Below, piece after piece: positions 1-11,007 of a stretch of DNA of 40,170 nt. The stretch's first letter is position 1. Every line of letters begins with the position of its first letter. Made by a program: the position numbers and the translations under genes. The DNA is taken from positions 1-40,170 of the forward strand of contig CAYUTF010000012.1 of assembly GCA_964447495.1 (NCBI GenBank). Direction: 5' to 3'. The notes under the pieces are model-generated. The model did no database searches and had not been told where the DNA came from. It saw only the letters and a list, made by a program, of their open reading frames with translations. The stretch is from an uncultured archaeon (GTDB lineage: Archaea > Asgardarchaeota > Lokiarchaeia > Sigyniarchaeales > SOKP01).

Positions 1-1133
1 AAATAGCGTATTTTAACTAATAAATCTCTCAATTCCATTTTATCATTATGGGATGTGATGTATTTTTTCTTAGCCCCTTCAGCAAGAGAAACTGATCTTA
101 TTTGATTACCCTGCAAACAGACCATATATCCAAATTTGCCCTCTAAAACCATTTTCATAGCAGCTAATCCAAATCGTAATCCTAAAATTCTGTCAAACGA
201 ATTTGGTGTTCCTGCACGCATAGTATGTCCTAATACTACACTTCTACATTCAAATTCAACATCATTTTTTAAAAATTCCTCTTTTAAATCTTTTCTTAAA
301 CTTAATTCATCAACTATCGTTTGAGAAATATTTAATTTAACTAATAAAGGGTTTCCGAAAGTATCTTTTGGTAATTTATGAAGAGTCTCTTTTGAAATAG
401 TTTTAAAATCTCGTTCTAATGATTCATGTTTTGGATATGCTCCTTCAGAAATAGCAATTATATGATATTTATAACCAGCATTTACTCTATTTTTTAATAC
501 TTGAATAACATCTTTTTCTAAATCAAATGGTGTTTCAGGAATAAGGATAATATCAGCACCAGCAGATATTCCACTATACATGGTTAAGAACCCCGCATCT
601 CTTCCCATAATTTCTACAACAAAGACTCTTTGATGGGACCTTGCGGTAGTTGTGAGATTATCCATAGCATTTGAAGCAAGTTGAACAGCACTCCAGAATC
701 CAAAGGTATAATGAGTTCCTGCTAAATCATTATCAATGGTTTTTGGCACACCTACTATTTTTAAATTAGCATATTTGCATAAAAGATCTGCAACTCCTAA
801 GGTATCATCACCACCTATAGCAATTAATGCATCTATGCCAAGTTCGTTGAATTTTTCTGCCAATATTTTAGCTGTTTTTTCTTTTGATTCTACTCCTTTA
901 AAGGGATTCGTCCTACTTGTGTATAAAATGGTTCCCCCAACAGTGTGCAAATCGTCATGTTCTGCTATATCTAAGGGAATTGTTAGATTCTCAACAAATC
1001 CTTTCCATCCTTTTAGAATTCCTAAACATGACACACCAGCATCATACGCTTTTAACATAATACCATATATTACTGAATTTAAACCAGGGCAGTCTCCTCC
1101 ACCAGTTAATATGCCTACTTTTTTTATAACCAT
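1..1133 (-). CDS. pfp: PfkA-family 6-phosphofructokinase, PPi-type signature (3' end runs off the window; absent from ORF track)
   Basis: Hand translation from ATG at 1133: MVIKKVGILTGGGDCPGLNSVIYG...GGTILYTSRTNP...IAIGGDDTLG...GVPKTIDNDL...EIMGRDAG; the translated 3' segment is open to the window edge. Confidence 0.92.
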   Translation of the reverse strand, partial: MVIKKVGILTGGGDCPGLNSVIYGIMLKAYDAGVSCLGILKGWKGFVENLTIPLDIAEHDDLHTVGGTILYTSRTNPFKGVESKEKTAKILAEKFNELGIDALIAIGGDDTLGVADLLCKYANLKIVGVPKTIDNDLAGTHYTFGFWSAVQLASNAMDNLTTTARSHQRVFVVEIMGRDAGFLTMYSGISAGADIILIPETPFDLEKDVIQVLKNRVNAGYKYHIIAISEGAYPKHESLERDFKTISKETLHKLPKDTFGNPLLVKLNISQTIVDELSLRKDLKEEFLKNDVEFECRSVVLGHTMRAGTPNSFDRILGLRFGLAAMKMVLEGKFGYMVCLQGNQIRSVSLAEGAKKKYITSHNDKMELRDLLVKIRY

Positions 1134-1207
1134 ATGTTATCACTTTTATTAATAACTGATTTTATTATAACGCCCTTTATTATTAAAAAATTTTGATAAA
1201 GAGAATT

Positions 1208-1783
1208 TTAAATTCTATTTAATTTCTTGGTGTCAATAGCTTTAAAAGAATATTTTGATTCATCCTGGGGGATTATATAACTACCACCACCAGTATCTGT
1301 TATTTTTAGAGTAAATTTATATTCTCCGCTTATAGCTTTTTGAATATTATTTAATATATCTTCAATTTCATTAATTTGTGCATCATCCTTCATTAAATTT
1401 TTTCTGTATATTGAAACTGCATTTTCAAACCTTAATAATATGCCTTCAACATTCGTATAATAAAAATCTGCATTAGGACCGGGCTCAGCGACTAATTCTA
1501 ATTCGGGGATTTCTAATTTTCCAATAGGAGAACGATAGATTTTAGATTTAAGGTCTTCTTCATTAGTAACTTTTAAAGATATAATTCCTGGTTTAAAATT
1601 AGTAGTTAATGGGATAATATCATTATTAGAAAAATTACATTTATCACATTCAAATTTAATAATCAGCATTTTATCTTTATCGGGGAGATCATAGGTTGTT
1701 TTTTTAATGGAGATTTTTCCTTTTTTACATGCAGGACATTGAAAATAATATTCTTCCTCACTATTTTTTGCTTTTTCTGACAT
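1208..1783 (-). CDS. ZPR1 zinc-finger domain protein
   Basis: CPAC...ECDKC C4 finger followed by IPELEL...PGP...TNVEGIL and final D-x-x-G-x-S motif typical of archaeal ZPR1. Confidence 0.9.
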   Translation of the reverse strand: MSEKAKNSEEEYYFQCPACKKGKISIKKTTYDLPDKDKMLIIKFECDKCNFSNNDIIPLTTNFKPGIISLKVTNEEDLKSKIYRSPIGKLEIPELELVAEPGPNADFYYTNVEGILLRFENAVSIYRKNLMKDDAQINEIEDILNNIQKAISGEYKFTLKITDTGGGSYIIPQDESKYSFKAIDTKKLNRI

Positions 1784-2055
1784 TATTTTAGAAATTTTGA
1801 AATATTTTAATTGATCAAATTGTATTTTAATTTGATAAATTGAAAAATATTGGATATAATTAATTTATTGCGCAATAAACGGGCTACTTATAAATTTTTT
1901 CATGAAAATTACGATGTACTAATATCTATAATACTTTTAAAAGTTCAGATTTAATTAAATATGCAATGTATTTAATAAAAATAGCATATTATTGCTTATA
2001 TTGTAAGTGATTTTAAATTCGAACATAAAATTTAGCAAAAAAAAGATGGAAGAAT

Positions 2056-2631
2056 TTGTCGGAGAATGAAATTATTGAAGTTACACTGCATGGGCGGGGA
2101 GGTCAAACCGCTATTACCGCCAGTCAATTGTTAGCTCAATTAGCTTACGAAAAGGGTTTTAAAGATACGATCTCAATTCCTATAATCGGTGCTGAGAGAA
2201 GAGGTGCCCCAATTCAGGCTTTCACTAAATTATCTATGAATAAACCCATAAAGACTTATGATAGTGTAGTTAATCCTCATTATATAATGGTTTTTGATAC
2301 TTCATTGTTAGATATACCAAGAATTCAAGATACAATTCATGATGGTGTCACAATACTCGCAAATAGTAAAGAACCGTTTGACACTAATAAATTTGGTAAG
2401 AATATTCGATTATTTATTGTAGATGCAACCAGTATTTGTATTGAAAGAAATTTTATGCATTCTAGTGGTCCAATATTAAACATCCCCATGTTGGGAGCTT
2501 TTGGAAAAGTCACTGGCTATTATGATCTCAAGATCATCGAAAAGGTTATAAGAAAGGAATTTGGTGAAAATAGATTAGAAAAAAACATGAGTGTTGCTAG
2601 AGATGCTTATAAATTAGTAAAAGAGGTATAA
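2056..2631 (+). CDS. porG: Pyruvate/2-ketoisovalerate:ferredoxin oxidoreductase gamma subunit (TTG start)
   Basis: [19 protein letters not shown]-x-x-MLGA motifs; first gene of a gamma-delta-alpha-beta operon. Confidence 0.93.
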   Translation: MSENEIIEVTLHGRGGQTAITASQLLAQLAYEKGFKDTISIPIIGAERRGAPIQAFTKLSMNKPIKTYDSVVNPHYIMVFDTSLLDIPRIQDTIHDGVTILANSKEPFDTNKFGKNIRLFIVDATSICIERNFMHSSGPILNIPMLGAFGKVTGYYDLKIIEKVIRKEFGENRLEKNMSVARDAYKLVKEV

Positions 2632-2633
2632 CC

Positions 2634-2987
2634 TTGACAGAATCAAACTCAGATAAGTGGAAAAAGATAAATAAATCAAAAAAAGAACGACCAGAAGTTC
2701 AAGAATATAAAAACTGGAAAGAATTGTCTCCAATTCCAATATCTCTGCCAATAAAAGGGAGTATAGGGGAAACAGGTGATTGGAGGACTTTTCGACCGAT
2801 CATTAAGGAAGGATGCACTAAATGCGGAATCTGCTGGATGTACTGTCCTGAAGGAGTTATAGAAAGGAAAGAGGATGGTTCTTTTGAAATTGATTTAAAA
2901 TACTGTAAAGGATGTGGTATATGTGCTAAAGAATGTCCCACACATAATATAGAAATGGTAAGAGAAAGTGATGTAAAAAATGGTTGA
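2634..2987 (+). CDS. porD: 2-oxoacid:ferredoxin oxidoreductase delta subunit, 2x[4Fe-4S] (TTG start)
   Basis: [21 protein letters not shown] and [13 protein letters not shown]; SD-like GAGGT upstream. Confidence 0.94.
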   Translation: MTESNSDKWKKINKSKKERPEVQEYKNWKELSPIPISLPIKGSIGETGDWRTFRPIIKEGCTKCGICWMYCPEGVIERKEDGSFEIDLKYCKGCGICAKECPTHNIEMVRESDVKNG

Positions 2988-4236
2988 AACACCTAAAGAA
3001 TATTATCAAAATGAAGAACATATTATTATTAAAGGTAATGTCGCTGCGGCATATGCAGCTAAATCAGCAAGAGTTCAAGTTATAAGTGCATACCCAATAA
3101 CACCACAAACAACTGTAGTTGAAAAACTCTCTGAATTTGTTGATAATAGCTTAATGCCAGGCACTCAATATATTAAGGTTGAATCTGAACATAGCGTTTT
3201 AGCATCAATAATAGGTGCTAGTATAGCTGGGACTCGTACATTTACAGCTACCTCAGGTCAGGGCCTTTTTTATATGCATGAAATGGTTCATTGGGCAGCA
3301 GGTTCACGATTACCTATTGTTATGACAATAGCATCACGAGGACCAGCACCTCCTTGGAATATTTGGGCAGACTTTACCGATGTATTAAGTCAAAGAGACA
3401 CAGGATGGATGACAGCATTTACTTCTTCACATCAAGAGATATATGATGAAATTCTTATGTCATATAAAGTATGTGAGGATCCAGAAATTTTATTACCTAA
3501 ATTTGTAGCGTATGGAGGTTTTATATTATCACATACTTCAAAACCTGTGATTATTGAAGACCAAGATAAAGTAGATAGATTTTTACCTCCATTACCAGAT
3601 GAGGAAGGATGGCCTCATATATGGATTGATCCTAAAAGACCAATGATGTTCGGAAATCTCATTATGCCCTCGGGATTTTATCAAGAATTTCGTTTAAAAA
3701 TTCATGATGCTCATATGAGAGCAAAAGCTAAGATTATTAAAGTAGCGAAGGAATTTGAAAATAGCTTTGGCAGAAATTATGGAAATGGTTTAGTTCAAGA
3801 ATATAAAATGGATGACGCAAAAGTTGGTATGGTTATTTATGGTGATTTAGCGCTCCAAATGGAGGATGCTGTGGATCAGGTAAGAGAAGAAGGTTTCAAA
3901 GTTGGAATGCTGAAATTAAGACACTTTCGACCTTTTCCGACAGAAGATATTATTCATATAGCGAAAAAAGTAAATCTTCTTGGTGTAGTTGATAGAGCTA
4001 CTGCTTTTGGTTCATCAACTGGTGGACCTGTTAGTTGCGAAGTTAAATCTGCTCTCCATGGTACAGAAGGTACTGCTAAAATATTACCTATTATAAATGG
4101 TTTAGGTGGTAGAGAAGTGACTTTAGAACAACAAAAACAACAATTAAGGACATTGGTTAAATTAAGTGAAACAGGAGAGACTCCAGAAAACCTTATTTAT
4201 GGAACATATTGGGATGGATTATTGGAGGTAAAATAA
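2980..4236 (+). CDS. porA: 2-oxoacid:ferredoxin oxidoreductase alpha subunit
   Basis: [30 protein letters not shown] motifs. Confidence 0.95.
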   Translation: MVETPKEYYQNEEHIIIKGNVAAAYAAKSARVQVISAYPITPQTTVVEKLSEFVDNSLMPGTQYIKVESEHSVLASIIGASIAGTRTFTATSGQGLFYMHEMVHWAAGSRLPIVMTIASRGPAPPWNIWADFTDVLSQRDTGWMTAFTSSHQEIYDEILMSYKVCEDPEILLPKFVAYGGFILSHTSKPVIIEDQDKVDRFLPPLPDEEGWPHIWIDPKRPMMFGNLIMPSGFYQEFRLKIHDAHMRAKAKIIKVAKEFENSFGRNYGNGLVQEYKMDDAKVGMVIYGDLALQMEDAVDQVREEGFKVGMLKLRHFRPFPTEDIIHIAKKVNLLGVVDRATAFGSSTGGPVSCEVKSALHGTEGTAKILPIINGLGGREVTLEQQKQQLRTLVKLSETGETPENLIYGTYWDGLLEVK

Positions 4237-4238
4237 TC

Positions 4239-5180
4239 ATGGTTAAATTAAAAGAAGCATTGGAGAGTTGTCAAGAAGAATATTTTCTTCCAGGAAATTC
4301 TTGTTGTGCTGGTTGTGGATTGGAAATAGCCCTTAGATGGGCGATGAAAGCCTTAGGTCCGAATACTGCTTTAGTTACCCCTGCATCATGTCTTAATGTG
4401 GTAGTGGGATTATGGCCTAAGACAGCACCTAATTTTCCTTTTACAAATATGGCTTTTGCTGCCGGAGCTGCTGCTGCTACAGGCATGTCTGCAGCTTTTA
4501 AAGCTAAAGCATATAGGTTTCCTGGAAAGGGATGGGATAAAATGACAGCACTCACTTTTGCTGGTGATGGTGGTACTGCTGATATTGGTATTCAAGGATT
4601 AAGTGGAGCCGCAGAAAGAAATTCAGATCAAATCTATGTTTGTTATGATAATGAAGCGTATATGAATACCGGTATCCAAAGATCCTCTAGTACTCCACAC
4701 GGAGCATGGACAACTACAACAACAAAAGGTAAAGATCGCTTTAAGAAAAATCTTCCAGCAATCATGGCTGCACATGATATACCTTATGTGGCGACTTGTT
4801 CGATCAGTGAACCACTTGATCTCTTTGACAAATTTTTGAAAGCAAAATCTATAGAAGGGTGCAAATATATCCACATTCTAGCCCCTTGTGCCCCTGGATG
4901 GGGTTTTGGGTCAGAAGAAACCATAGAAGTTGCAAGATTAGCTGTAAAAACAGGATCTTGGATATTATACGAAATAGAAAATGGCATTATGACTTTGTCA
5001 AAAGCAAGTAAACTTCTTTTAGATCCATCTAAGAGAACTCCACTTGTTGATTATCTTTCTAAACAAAAGAGATTTGCTAATATATCAGAAAAAGATTTAA
5101 TCGAACTTCAAGAATATTTAGATCATACTTGGAAACGTATAGAAGTCGATCTAAGTTGTCAAGATTATTATCCTAAATAA
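4239..5180 (+). CDS. porB: 2-oxoacid:ferredoxin oxidoreductase beta subunit (TPP-binding)
   Basis: CAGCG, GDGGTADIG...YDNEAYMNTGIQRS, PC-x-x-GW; start moved to ATG 4239 behind a GGAGGT SD. Confidence 0.94.
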   Translation: MVKLKEALESCQEEYFLPGNSCCAGCGLEIALRWAMKALGPNTALVTPASCLNVVVGLWPKTAPNFPFTNMAFAAGAAAATGMSAAFKAKAYRFPGKGWDKMTALTFAGDGGTADIGIQGLSGAAERNSDQIYVCYDNEAYMNTGIQRSSSTPHGAWTTTTTKGKDRFKKNLPAIMAAHDIPYVATCSISEPLDLFDKFLKAKSIEGCKYIHILAPCAPGWGFGSEETIEVARLAVKTGSWILYEIENGIMTLSKASKLLLDPSKRTPLVDYLSKQKRFANISEKDLIELQEYLDHTWKRIEVDLSCQDYYPK

Positions 5181-5234
5181 TATCCTTTATTTATTATTAT
5201 ATATTATCAGATAGATTAGATTTTTTGAAAGTAA

Positions 5235-5927
5235 ATGGGATTATTAATTAAGTTTAAAGGAAAATCTATAGAAGAAATTAGAAGCTATTTGGAATTCACT
5301 GCTGATTATATTATTCAAGGTAAAATTATAGGTTTTCCAACTGATAGTGTTTATGGTCTTGGAGGAAATCCTCAAAATCTTGATGTTATCAATAAAATTT
5401 TTGATATTAAATTTCGAGATCGCTCTAAAGGATTGCTATTACTTGTTAGTGATATTGAGGAAGCAAAAAAGGTTGCGCAGTTTAATCCATTAGCAGAGCT
5501 TCTTGCAAAAAGTTTTTGGCCTGGTCAAATAACTTTAATATTAAAAAGAAAGGAACCAAATATTATCCCTCCTGAATTAACTGCTTTTAAAGATACTATT
5601 GGGTTAAGAGTACCCCATAATGAGATTATATTAGAAATTTTAAGGATTTTAAAATCTCAACTTAATTTTGGCGGTATAATTGGCACTTCAGCAAATTATT
5701 CTGGAGAACCTCCATCAGTAAGTGGAGATGAGGTCGCGAAAAAATTTTTAAGCCCAATTGATTTAATCATTGATAGTGGTAAATCTATATCTAAAATACC
5801 GACCACAATTGTAGATTGTAGTTCTGAAAGCCCTAAATTTTTGCGAATAGGTGCTATAAAAGAAGAAGATATCTATAATGTTTTAGATCGTGAAAATTTA
5901 TCTGGGGATGGTGCTTCAAATAAATAA
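5235..5927 (+). CDS. tsaC: L-threonylcarbamoyladenylate synthase (single-domain TsaC/YrdC form, no SUA5 domain)
   Basis: FPTDSVYGL, K-x-R (IKFR), FWPGQITLIL, GLRVP, TSAN-x-SG, PTTIVD, LR-x-GAI. Confidence 0.92.
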   Translation: MGLLIKFKGKSIEEIRSYLEFTADYIIQGKIIGFPTDSVYGLGGNPQNLDVINKIFDIKFRDRSKGLLLLVSDIEEAKKVAQFNPLAELLAKSFWPGQITLILKRKEPNIIPPELTAFKDTIGLRVPHNEIILEILRILKSQLNFGGIIGTSANYSGEPPSVSGDEVAKKFLSPIDLIIDSGKSISKIPTTIVDCSSESPKFLRIGAIKEEDIYNVLDRENLSGDGASNK

Positions 5928-6444
5928 TTTTAATTTATTAATCTCAACCTCACGATTTAATGAAGATAACGCCAAAGCTGAACTATGGTTTACCTTATTA
6001 GTATGTGGTGTTAAATATCCAATTATTTCACAGTTGAATTATTCAGGGATATTAAGTGCTTTTATCAATCAAGATCCAAGAGAAATAATCAATTTGATCA
6101 AGGAAATCCTTAGAAAAGATCCTAAATTTTTTCAATACATTCTAAAAGTTATACCTATTGATTTTGTTTGTGAAACGAACACAGATATGATAAAGGAATT
6201 GGTTCATAAATATTATAAAGATTACATAAATTCAGATGAGACTTTCATGATTAATTTAAAACGAAGAAAAAGTATAATTATAGAGCGAGAAACCTTTATT
6301 CAAAAGATTGCTAGTGTTATCAATAATAAGGTTAATCTCACTAATCCAGATAAGATCATCTGGATAGAAGTATTAGGAAACAGATGTGGAATTTCATTTA
6401 TTAGAAATAATGATGTTTTAACCACCAACCAAGTAGATAGTTAA
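5908..6444 (+). CDS. THUMP domain protein (Tan1-like RNA-binding)
   Basis: FNLLIST, KVIPID, TF-x-I-x-L-x-RR, VNLTNPDKIIWIEVLG; ATG 5908 preferred to the GTG at 5890. Confidence 0.85.
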   Translation: MVLQINNFNLLISTSRFNEDNAKAELWFTLLVCGVKYPIISQLNYSGILSAFINQDPREIINLIKEILRKDPKFFQYILKVIPIDFVCETNTDMIKELVHKYYKDYINSDETFMINLKRRKSIIIERETFIQKIASVINNKVNLTNPDKIIWIEVLGNRCGISFIRNNDVLTTNQVDS

Positions 6445-7091
6445 TCGTTTGAGCTTTTTTCTAAGCTAATTAACGCCATTTTTTCACATATCAAATCTTC
6501 AATTGCCAAATATAAATTTTTAATATTATTATTATTAGGTTTTATATCATCAAGTTCTATTCCATGCGATTTCAAAATAGTATTAATTTGATTTTCATTA
6601 AACTCAAAATATTCTTTAATTTTATTATATTTATCAATAGAAAAATCATCTAAATTCATTTCTATTGCTTTAGCATTGAATAATTTTAGTAAATCTTCAA
6701 TAATAATCTTGAGATTATTCCGTTGAGAAATAATACAAAAATGAAGGACACTTTGATTAACAATAAGATCATTTATTCCAAAATGTTCAATTGCTCTTTT
6801 AATTTGGCGATTTGCTGCTAAATACAGTAAAAATTCTATGCTTTTCTTATTGGAGATATTTGTTTCTGAACTAAAAGCCTTAAAGGTATGATAAGAAGCA
6901 TAAAAAACATGATTGCTATTGAGAATGAGATTCTTGTTAAAAAATTGAACCATAATATTATCATACGCGTTCTGAATAGTATTTAACAAATCGAAAATTT
7001 TGTCTAATGTCAATTCTTTAACTATCAACGAGCTAATTCCTACAAAATAATTTAGATTCTTCTCAGGAAATGAAAACTCTTTGATGATCAT
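6441..7091 (-). CDS. cgi121: KEOPS complex subunit Cgi121
   Basis: VQFF...H...A...AF...NIS...EFLLYLAANRQIKRAIEHFGI; ATG 7091 overlaps the ecfT stop (ATGA); ATG 7106 is an alternative. Confidence 0.85.
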   Translation of the reverse strand: MIIKEFSFPEKNLNYFVGISSLIVKELTLDKIFDLLNTIQNAYDNIMVQFFNKNLILNSNHVFYASYHTFKAFSSETNISNKKSIEFLLYLAANRQIKRAIEHFGINDLIVNQSVLHFCIISQRNNLKIIIEDLLKLFNAKAIEMNLDDFSIDKYNKIKEYFEFNENQINTILKSHGIELDDIKPNNNNIKNLYLAIEDLICEKMALISLEKSSND

Positions 7092-7864
7092 AGGGGTAAG
7101 CTCCATTTAAACCACTCAGGCATTATTATTATCTGAAAACGGATAAAAATTAATCCTAATAATATAAAGCATAGTATAAATGTGAAAATCCAATCGGTTT
7201 TGGTATAATGGATTGAAAAATAAAACGTACGTTCTTTTTTACTACCAAAAGCTCTTGATTCAAGTGCCTCCGCTACATTAAAAGCTCTTTTGATTGAGCT
7301 TATTATGAGAGGTACTAACAGCGGAAATAAATTCTTTATTTGATTAATAATCCCTTTCTTTTGCATTTCATATCCTCGACTCTGTTGTGAATCAATGATA
7401 TTTTGGGCTTCATTTGCTATTGTAGGAACAAACCGAAATGCTAAAGAAAATGAGAAAGCAAACTCGTAAGGAATTTTCATAGAAATTAATGATAAGGCTA
7501 AATCATTAGGATCTACAGTTAAGAAAAATATAGAAAAAGCGGATATCATTATTGAAATTCTTATTATCATGGCAATCGAAAAAGAAAAACCATTATTAGT
7601 TATGAATAGTGTATTTATGACTATTATAAAAATAAAAAGGAATGCTAAACTACGTATACTCTTTATCCATTGTTTTACTAATTTTCCCAACAAAATAAAT
7701 GGTATTAAACTAAGAAAGATCAGGAAAAGGGGTATCATTTCGGTAAACATTAAAGCATTTATTGTATATACTATAGCAAAAATTAATTTTACACGTGGAT
7801 CTAATCTATGAATAATAGTATCTTTTCTTAAAAATTTAAATGCGTTAAGGAACTCTAAAGACAT
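7088..7864 (-). CDS. ecfT: Energy-coupling factor transporter transmembrane component T
   Basis: HRLDPRVKL, RFVP, QQSRG and ALESRAF Arg motifs; hydrophobic helices. Confidence 0.93.
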   Translation of the reverse strand: MSLEFLNAFKFLRKDTIIHRLDPRVKLIFAIVYTINALMFTEMIPLFLIFLSLIPFILLGKLVKQWIKSIRSLAFLFIFIIVINTLFITNNGFSFSIAMIIRISIMISAFSIFFLTVDPNDLALSLISMKIPYEFAFSFSLAFRFVPTIANEAQNIIDSQQSRGYEMQKKGIINQIKNLFPLLVPLIISSIKRAFNVAEALESRAFGSKKERTFYFSIHYTKTDWIFTFILCFILLGLIFIRFQIIIMPEWFKWSLPL

Positions 7865-7884
7865 CTATTATATCTCCATCTCCA

Positions 7885-8739
7885 TTATTCTTTTGATAAT
7901 TTAATTTTTAAATAATTATTTAAGAACATAATCATATCATTTAGTTTAAATATCTCATTGGGAACTTTAATGCCAATTTCTTTTAATCCTTGTTTAAATT
8001 GCTGAATTTGGGGTAGAATAAGTGACGATTTTTTTACCAAAAATTCATTCGTTAGTACTTTTTCTGTGGGTCCATCTGCGATAATTTTACCATTTGCCAT
8101 TAAAATTATTCGTGGAATATTTTCAAAAGTAAATTCTATATTATGAGTTACCATAACAATTGTTTTACCTTTTTCTATTTCATTGTGTATCAATTCGAGA
8201 AAAAAATCTATTTCCTTTGCATCTTGTCCTAAGGTAGGTTCATCAAATATAATGATTTCTGGATCACGACAAATTATTGATGCAATAGCTAACTTTTTAG
8301 CTTCTCCACCAGATAAATTAAAAGGTGAACGATCTCGATATTTTTCTAAATTGAATTTATTCAATATAACATCTATTTTTTGTTTTATTTCCTCTTTACT
8401 TAAATCTAAGTTTTTCATTGAAAATTTGAGTTCCTCTTCAATAGTGTTTGAAAATAATTGATGCATAGGATTTTGAAAAATAATTCCGACAATTTTAGAT
8501 AATTCAGCAACAGATTTAGAGTCAATTTTCTCCCCTTTAATATAAATTGATCCCGTAGAAGGTCGGATTAGACCATTTAATGTCCTTATTAGCGTTGTTT
8601 TACCTGCTCCATTTTGACCCATAATAGAAATGAGTTCTCCTTTGTTCACTTTTAAAGAGATATTCCTTAATGCAAATGTATTATTTGGATACGAAAATTC
8701 TATCTCATCTATAAGGATCAATGGGTTTACTGCTTCCAT
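7885..8739 (-). CDS. ecfA2: ECF transporter ATPase
   Basis: GQNGAGKT Walker A, FQNP, LSGGE, FDEPT, VTH. Confidence 0.92.
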   Translation of the reverse strand: MEAVNPLILIDEIEFSYPNNTFALRNISLKVNKGELISIMGQNGAGKTTLIRTLNGLIRPSTGSIYIKGEKIDSKSVAELSKIVGIIFQNPMHQLFSNTIEEELKFSMKNLDLSKEEIKQKIDVILNKFNLEKYRDRSPFNLSGGEAKKLAIASIICRDPEIIIFDEPTLGQDAKEIDFFLELIHNEIEKGKTIVMVTHNIEFTFENIPRIILMANGKIIADGPTEKVLTNEFLVKKSSLILPQIQQFKQGLKEIGIKVPNEIFKLNDMIMFLNNYLKIKLSKE

Positions 8740-8757
8740 TATTAACACTCTTTACTT

Positions 8758-9597
8758 TTAAGTATACTTTTTAAGAACATTTAAAGCATCTTCTATGGAA
8801 ATGGGTATTTTATCATATACTTGATTTTTTTTATCTAATCCTCTAAATAGGGAATAGATTTTCGGCTTATTAATATTTAAATTACGGAAAATTTCACTAT
8901 TGATAACAATATCTTTTTTATCAAAAGCAAGAATTTTTCCATTATGGATTAATATGATATCATCGACTAGTAGGACCAAAAGATCCATTCTATGTTCACT
9001 AATAATTATTGATATTTTTTTTGTTTCTTGTATTTTTTTAAGCATTGTTAGAATTTTCTTAGCAAAAAAAGGATCTAAATTAGCAGTTGGTTCATCTAAT
9101 ATTATAATTTTAGGATCTAAAACTAAAACTGAAGCAATAGCAACTCTTTGTTTTTCTCCACCGCTGATTTCAAATGGCGCTTTATCTAATATTTCCTCTA
9201 TTTCAGTTATTTTAACAACTTCTCTAATTCTTTTTTTAATTTCAACTGGTTCAATCCCAAGATTTTCCATACCAAAAGCAATTTCGCGTTCAACGTTCAT
9301 CGCAACTAATTGATTTTCAGGATTCTGAAAAACAATTCCAATTGCTGTTGATAGATCTGATATAGGTGTATCTATCGTATTTTTACCAGCAATCTCAACT
9401 GAACCTTTGTAAAAACCCGCATAAAACTGGGGGATTAATCCATTCATACATCTTATGAGTGATGTTTTCCCACTACCAGTTTCTCCCGCTAGTAAAATGA
9501 ATTTATTCTCATCAATTTCTAAATTAATATTTTCAAGTGCATATTCATCATTCCCCTTGTAGCGAAAAGAGAAATTGTTAAATCTAATAAAAGCCAT
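8758..9597 (-). CDS. ecfA1: ECF transporter ATPase
   Basis: GETGSGKT, FQNPENQ, ISGGEKQR, LDEPTANLD, SEH. Confidence 0.92.
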   Translation of the reverse strand: MAFIRFNNFSFRYKGNDEYALENINLEIDENKFILLAGETGSGKTSLIRCMNGLIPQFYAGFYKGSVEIAGKNTIDTPISDLSTAIGIVFQNPENQLVAMNVEREIAFGMENLGIEPVEIKKRIREVVKITEIEEILDKAPFEISGGEKQRVAIASVLVLDPKIIILDEPTANLDPFFAKKILTMLKKIQETKKISIIISEHRMDLLVLLVDDIILIHNGKILAFDKKDIVINSEIFRNLNINKPKIYSLFRGLDKKNQVYDKIPISIEDALNVLKKYT

Positions 9598-9633
9598 TAT
9601 TACAAAATTTCTAACTTCTTTTTTAATATAAAT

Positions 9634-10638
9634 TTATGAGTTGATTAAAGTTTTTTTTATTTTACCTAGAATTTGATTCAGTGTGGTTTCAAATAAGACC
9701 TCGCCATTTAAGGAAGCCGCACCATCATGTCCTCCACCCCTTCCCTCACTTATTTCAGCTAAAATTTGACCTAAATGTAAACCTGTTTCTAAACAAATTT
9801 TTTTTTTTGCTCTTGTCGTGATTCTAAAATTAGAGAGCTCTTTAGAGTAGACAATACTCACATCAAATCCAATATTAAGCATTGTTGATGCAACAGAGGA
9901 AGTATAACTACTTACATGAGACAATCCAATTAGCCAATTATTGATTCTAATTATTTCTACTCTTTGTAAGCCCTTAATAATAGCTATCTTTTTCGAGAGA
10001 TCACTCTCCTTCTCAGTAAGCATTAAAACTTCTTGAAAGCTAAGATCTTCTTGTAGCAAATCAGAAATACGATGAAATGTATCATTAGTAGCATATTTAA
10101 AACCTCCTGTATCTGCTAAAATAGCTGCTATGAGTAGATATCTAATAACGATAGGAATGTCAATTTGATAGTGTTTATATATATCAAAGATTATTTCTGC
10201 TGTAGAAGTTGTATTATCAAAAATTATATTATATAGCTCAAGATTCTCTTCATATTTGATTTCTGAATCAAAATGATGATCAATAAAAATAAACGGAATA
10301 TTTTTACTAGTTCTCTTAATAATGTCAGGAAGAACAACTTGTTCCAAATTATTGGTGTCAAGAATTATGAAATAGTCAAGTTTTATAAAATGCTCTTCTT
10401 CACTTGAAAAATCAAAATTTGGGAATTTTTCCATTAATTTCTCTTTAAAGCTAATGGTATATTTTGATAAGATAGGAAAAAATACGTGAACTTCAATACT
10501 TTTAAGATAAGTTTCAAGAAAATATTTTAATGCCAGAGAAGAAGCAAAACCATCAAGATCCACTTGATCATGAGTAGTAATTAAAAGAGATTTATGTGAT
10601 AATTTTGATAAGAAAATATCAATTTTTTGAAAATTCAT
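9634..10638 (-). CDS. DHH/DHHA1 phosphoesterase (NrnA-like)
   Basis: H-x-x-x-DLDG, ILDT, FIDHH, DTGGF, GGGHDGAAS; usual position downstream of prefoldin beta. Confidence 0.9.
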   Translation of the reverse strand: MNFQKIDIFLSKLSHKSLLITTHDQVDLDGFASSLALKYFLETYLKSIEVHVFFPILSKYTISFKEKLMEKFPNFDFSSEEEHFIKLDYFIILDTNNLEQVVLPDIIKRTSKNIPFIFIDHHFDSEIKYEENLELYNIIFDNTTSTAEIIFDIYKHYQIDIPIVIRYLLIAAILADTGGFKYATNDTFHRISDLLQEDLSFQEVLMLTEKESDLSKKIAIIKGLQRVEIIRINNWLIGLSHVSSYTSSVASTMLNIGFDVSIVYSKELSNFRITTRAKKKICLETGLHLGQILAEISEGRGGGHDGAASLNGEVLFETTLNQILGKIKKTLINS

Positions 10639-10650
10639 GAAAAATACATA

Positions 10651-11007
10651 TCATTTATTTTGCAGTTCATTTTGAAGAGTTTTTTGTAATGATTCAAAAC
10701 TATTTTTTGTTCTCTCTGTTTTTTGAGCAATAGTTTTTGAGCGCATTTCAAGTGTGATTTTTAAAGATTTTTTTTCGTCTAATAATTTATTTCTATCACT
10801 TTTAACCATAATTCCCCCGATATTTTTGTACACTGTAGTGTCAGCGGCAGCTTTTTCTAACTCTTCGATTGCTAATTCTGTTTCCCTTATCGTACTATCA
10901 ATTTGTAATTTTTGTTGTGTGAGAAATTCTAAGCTTTGACTTAATGCTGTTAAATTTTGAAGTTTCTTTTTTGTTTCTTCGTCTAATTGGTCTAGATTTA
11001 CAGTAAT
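10651..11007 (-). CDS. pfdB: Prefoldin beta subunit, about 118 aa, probable non-canonical ATT start
   Basis: Frame stays open upstream of the ORF-track fragment: (I/M)TVNLDQLDEETKKKLQNLTALSQSLEFLTQQKLQIDSTIRETELAIEELEKAAADTTVYKNIGGIMVK...; AGGTGA SD 7 nt before ATT; synteny after pcc1. Confidence 0.88.
   Translation of the reverse strand: MTVNLDQLDEETKKKLQNLTALSQSLEFLTQQKLQIDSTIRETELAIEELEKAAADTTVYKNIGGIMVKSDRNKLLDEKKSLKITLEMRSKTIAQKTERTKNSFESLQKTLQNELQNK

Noticed and set aside
136-1152. Plus-strand ORFs 136-324 and 736-1152
   Set aside because: Antisense shadows of the minus-strand phosphofructokinase
2699-4987. Short minus-strand ORFs inside the POR operon
   Set aside because: Antisense to well-conserved genes; no motifs
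10651-10833. 60-aa ORF as a complete gene, or pfdB as a pseudogene
   Set aside because: The frame is intact for a full-length prefoldin beta; only a canonical start is missing
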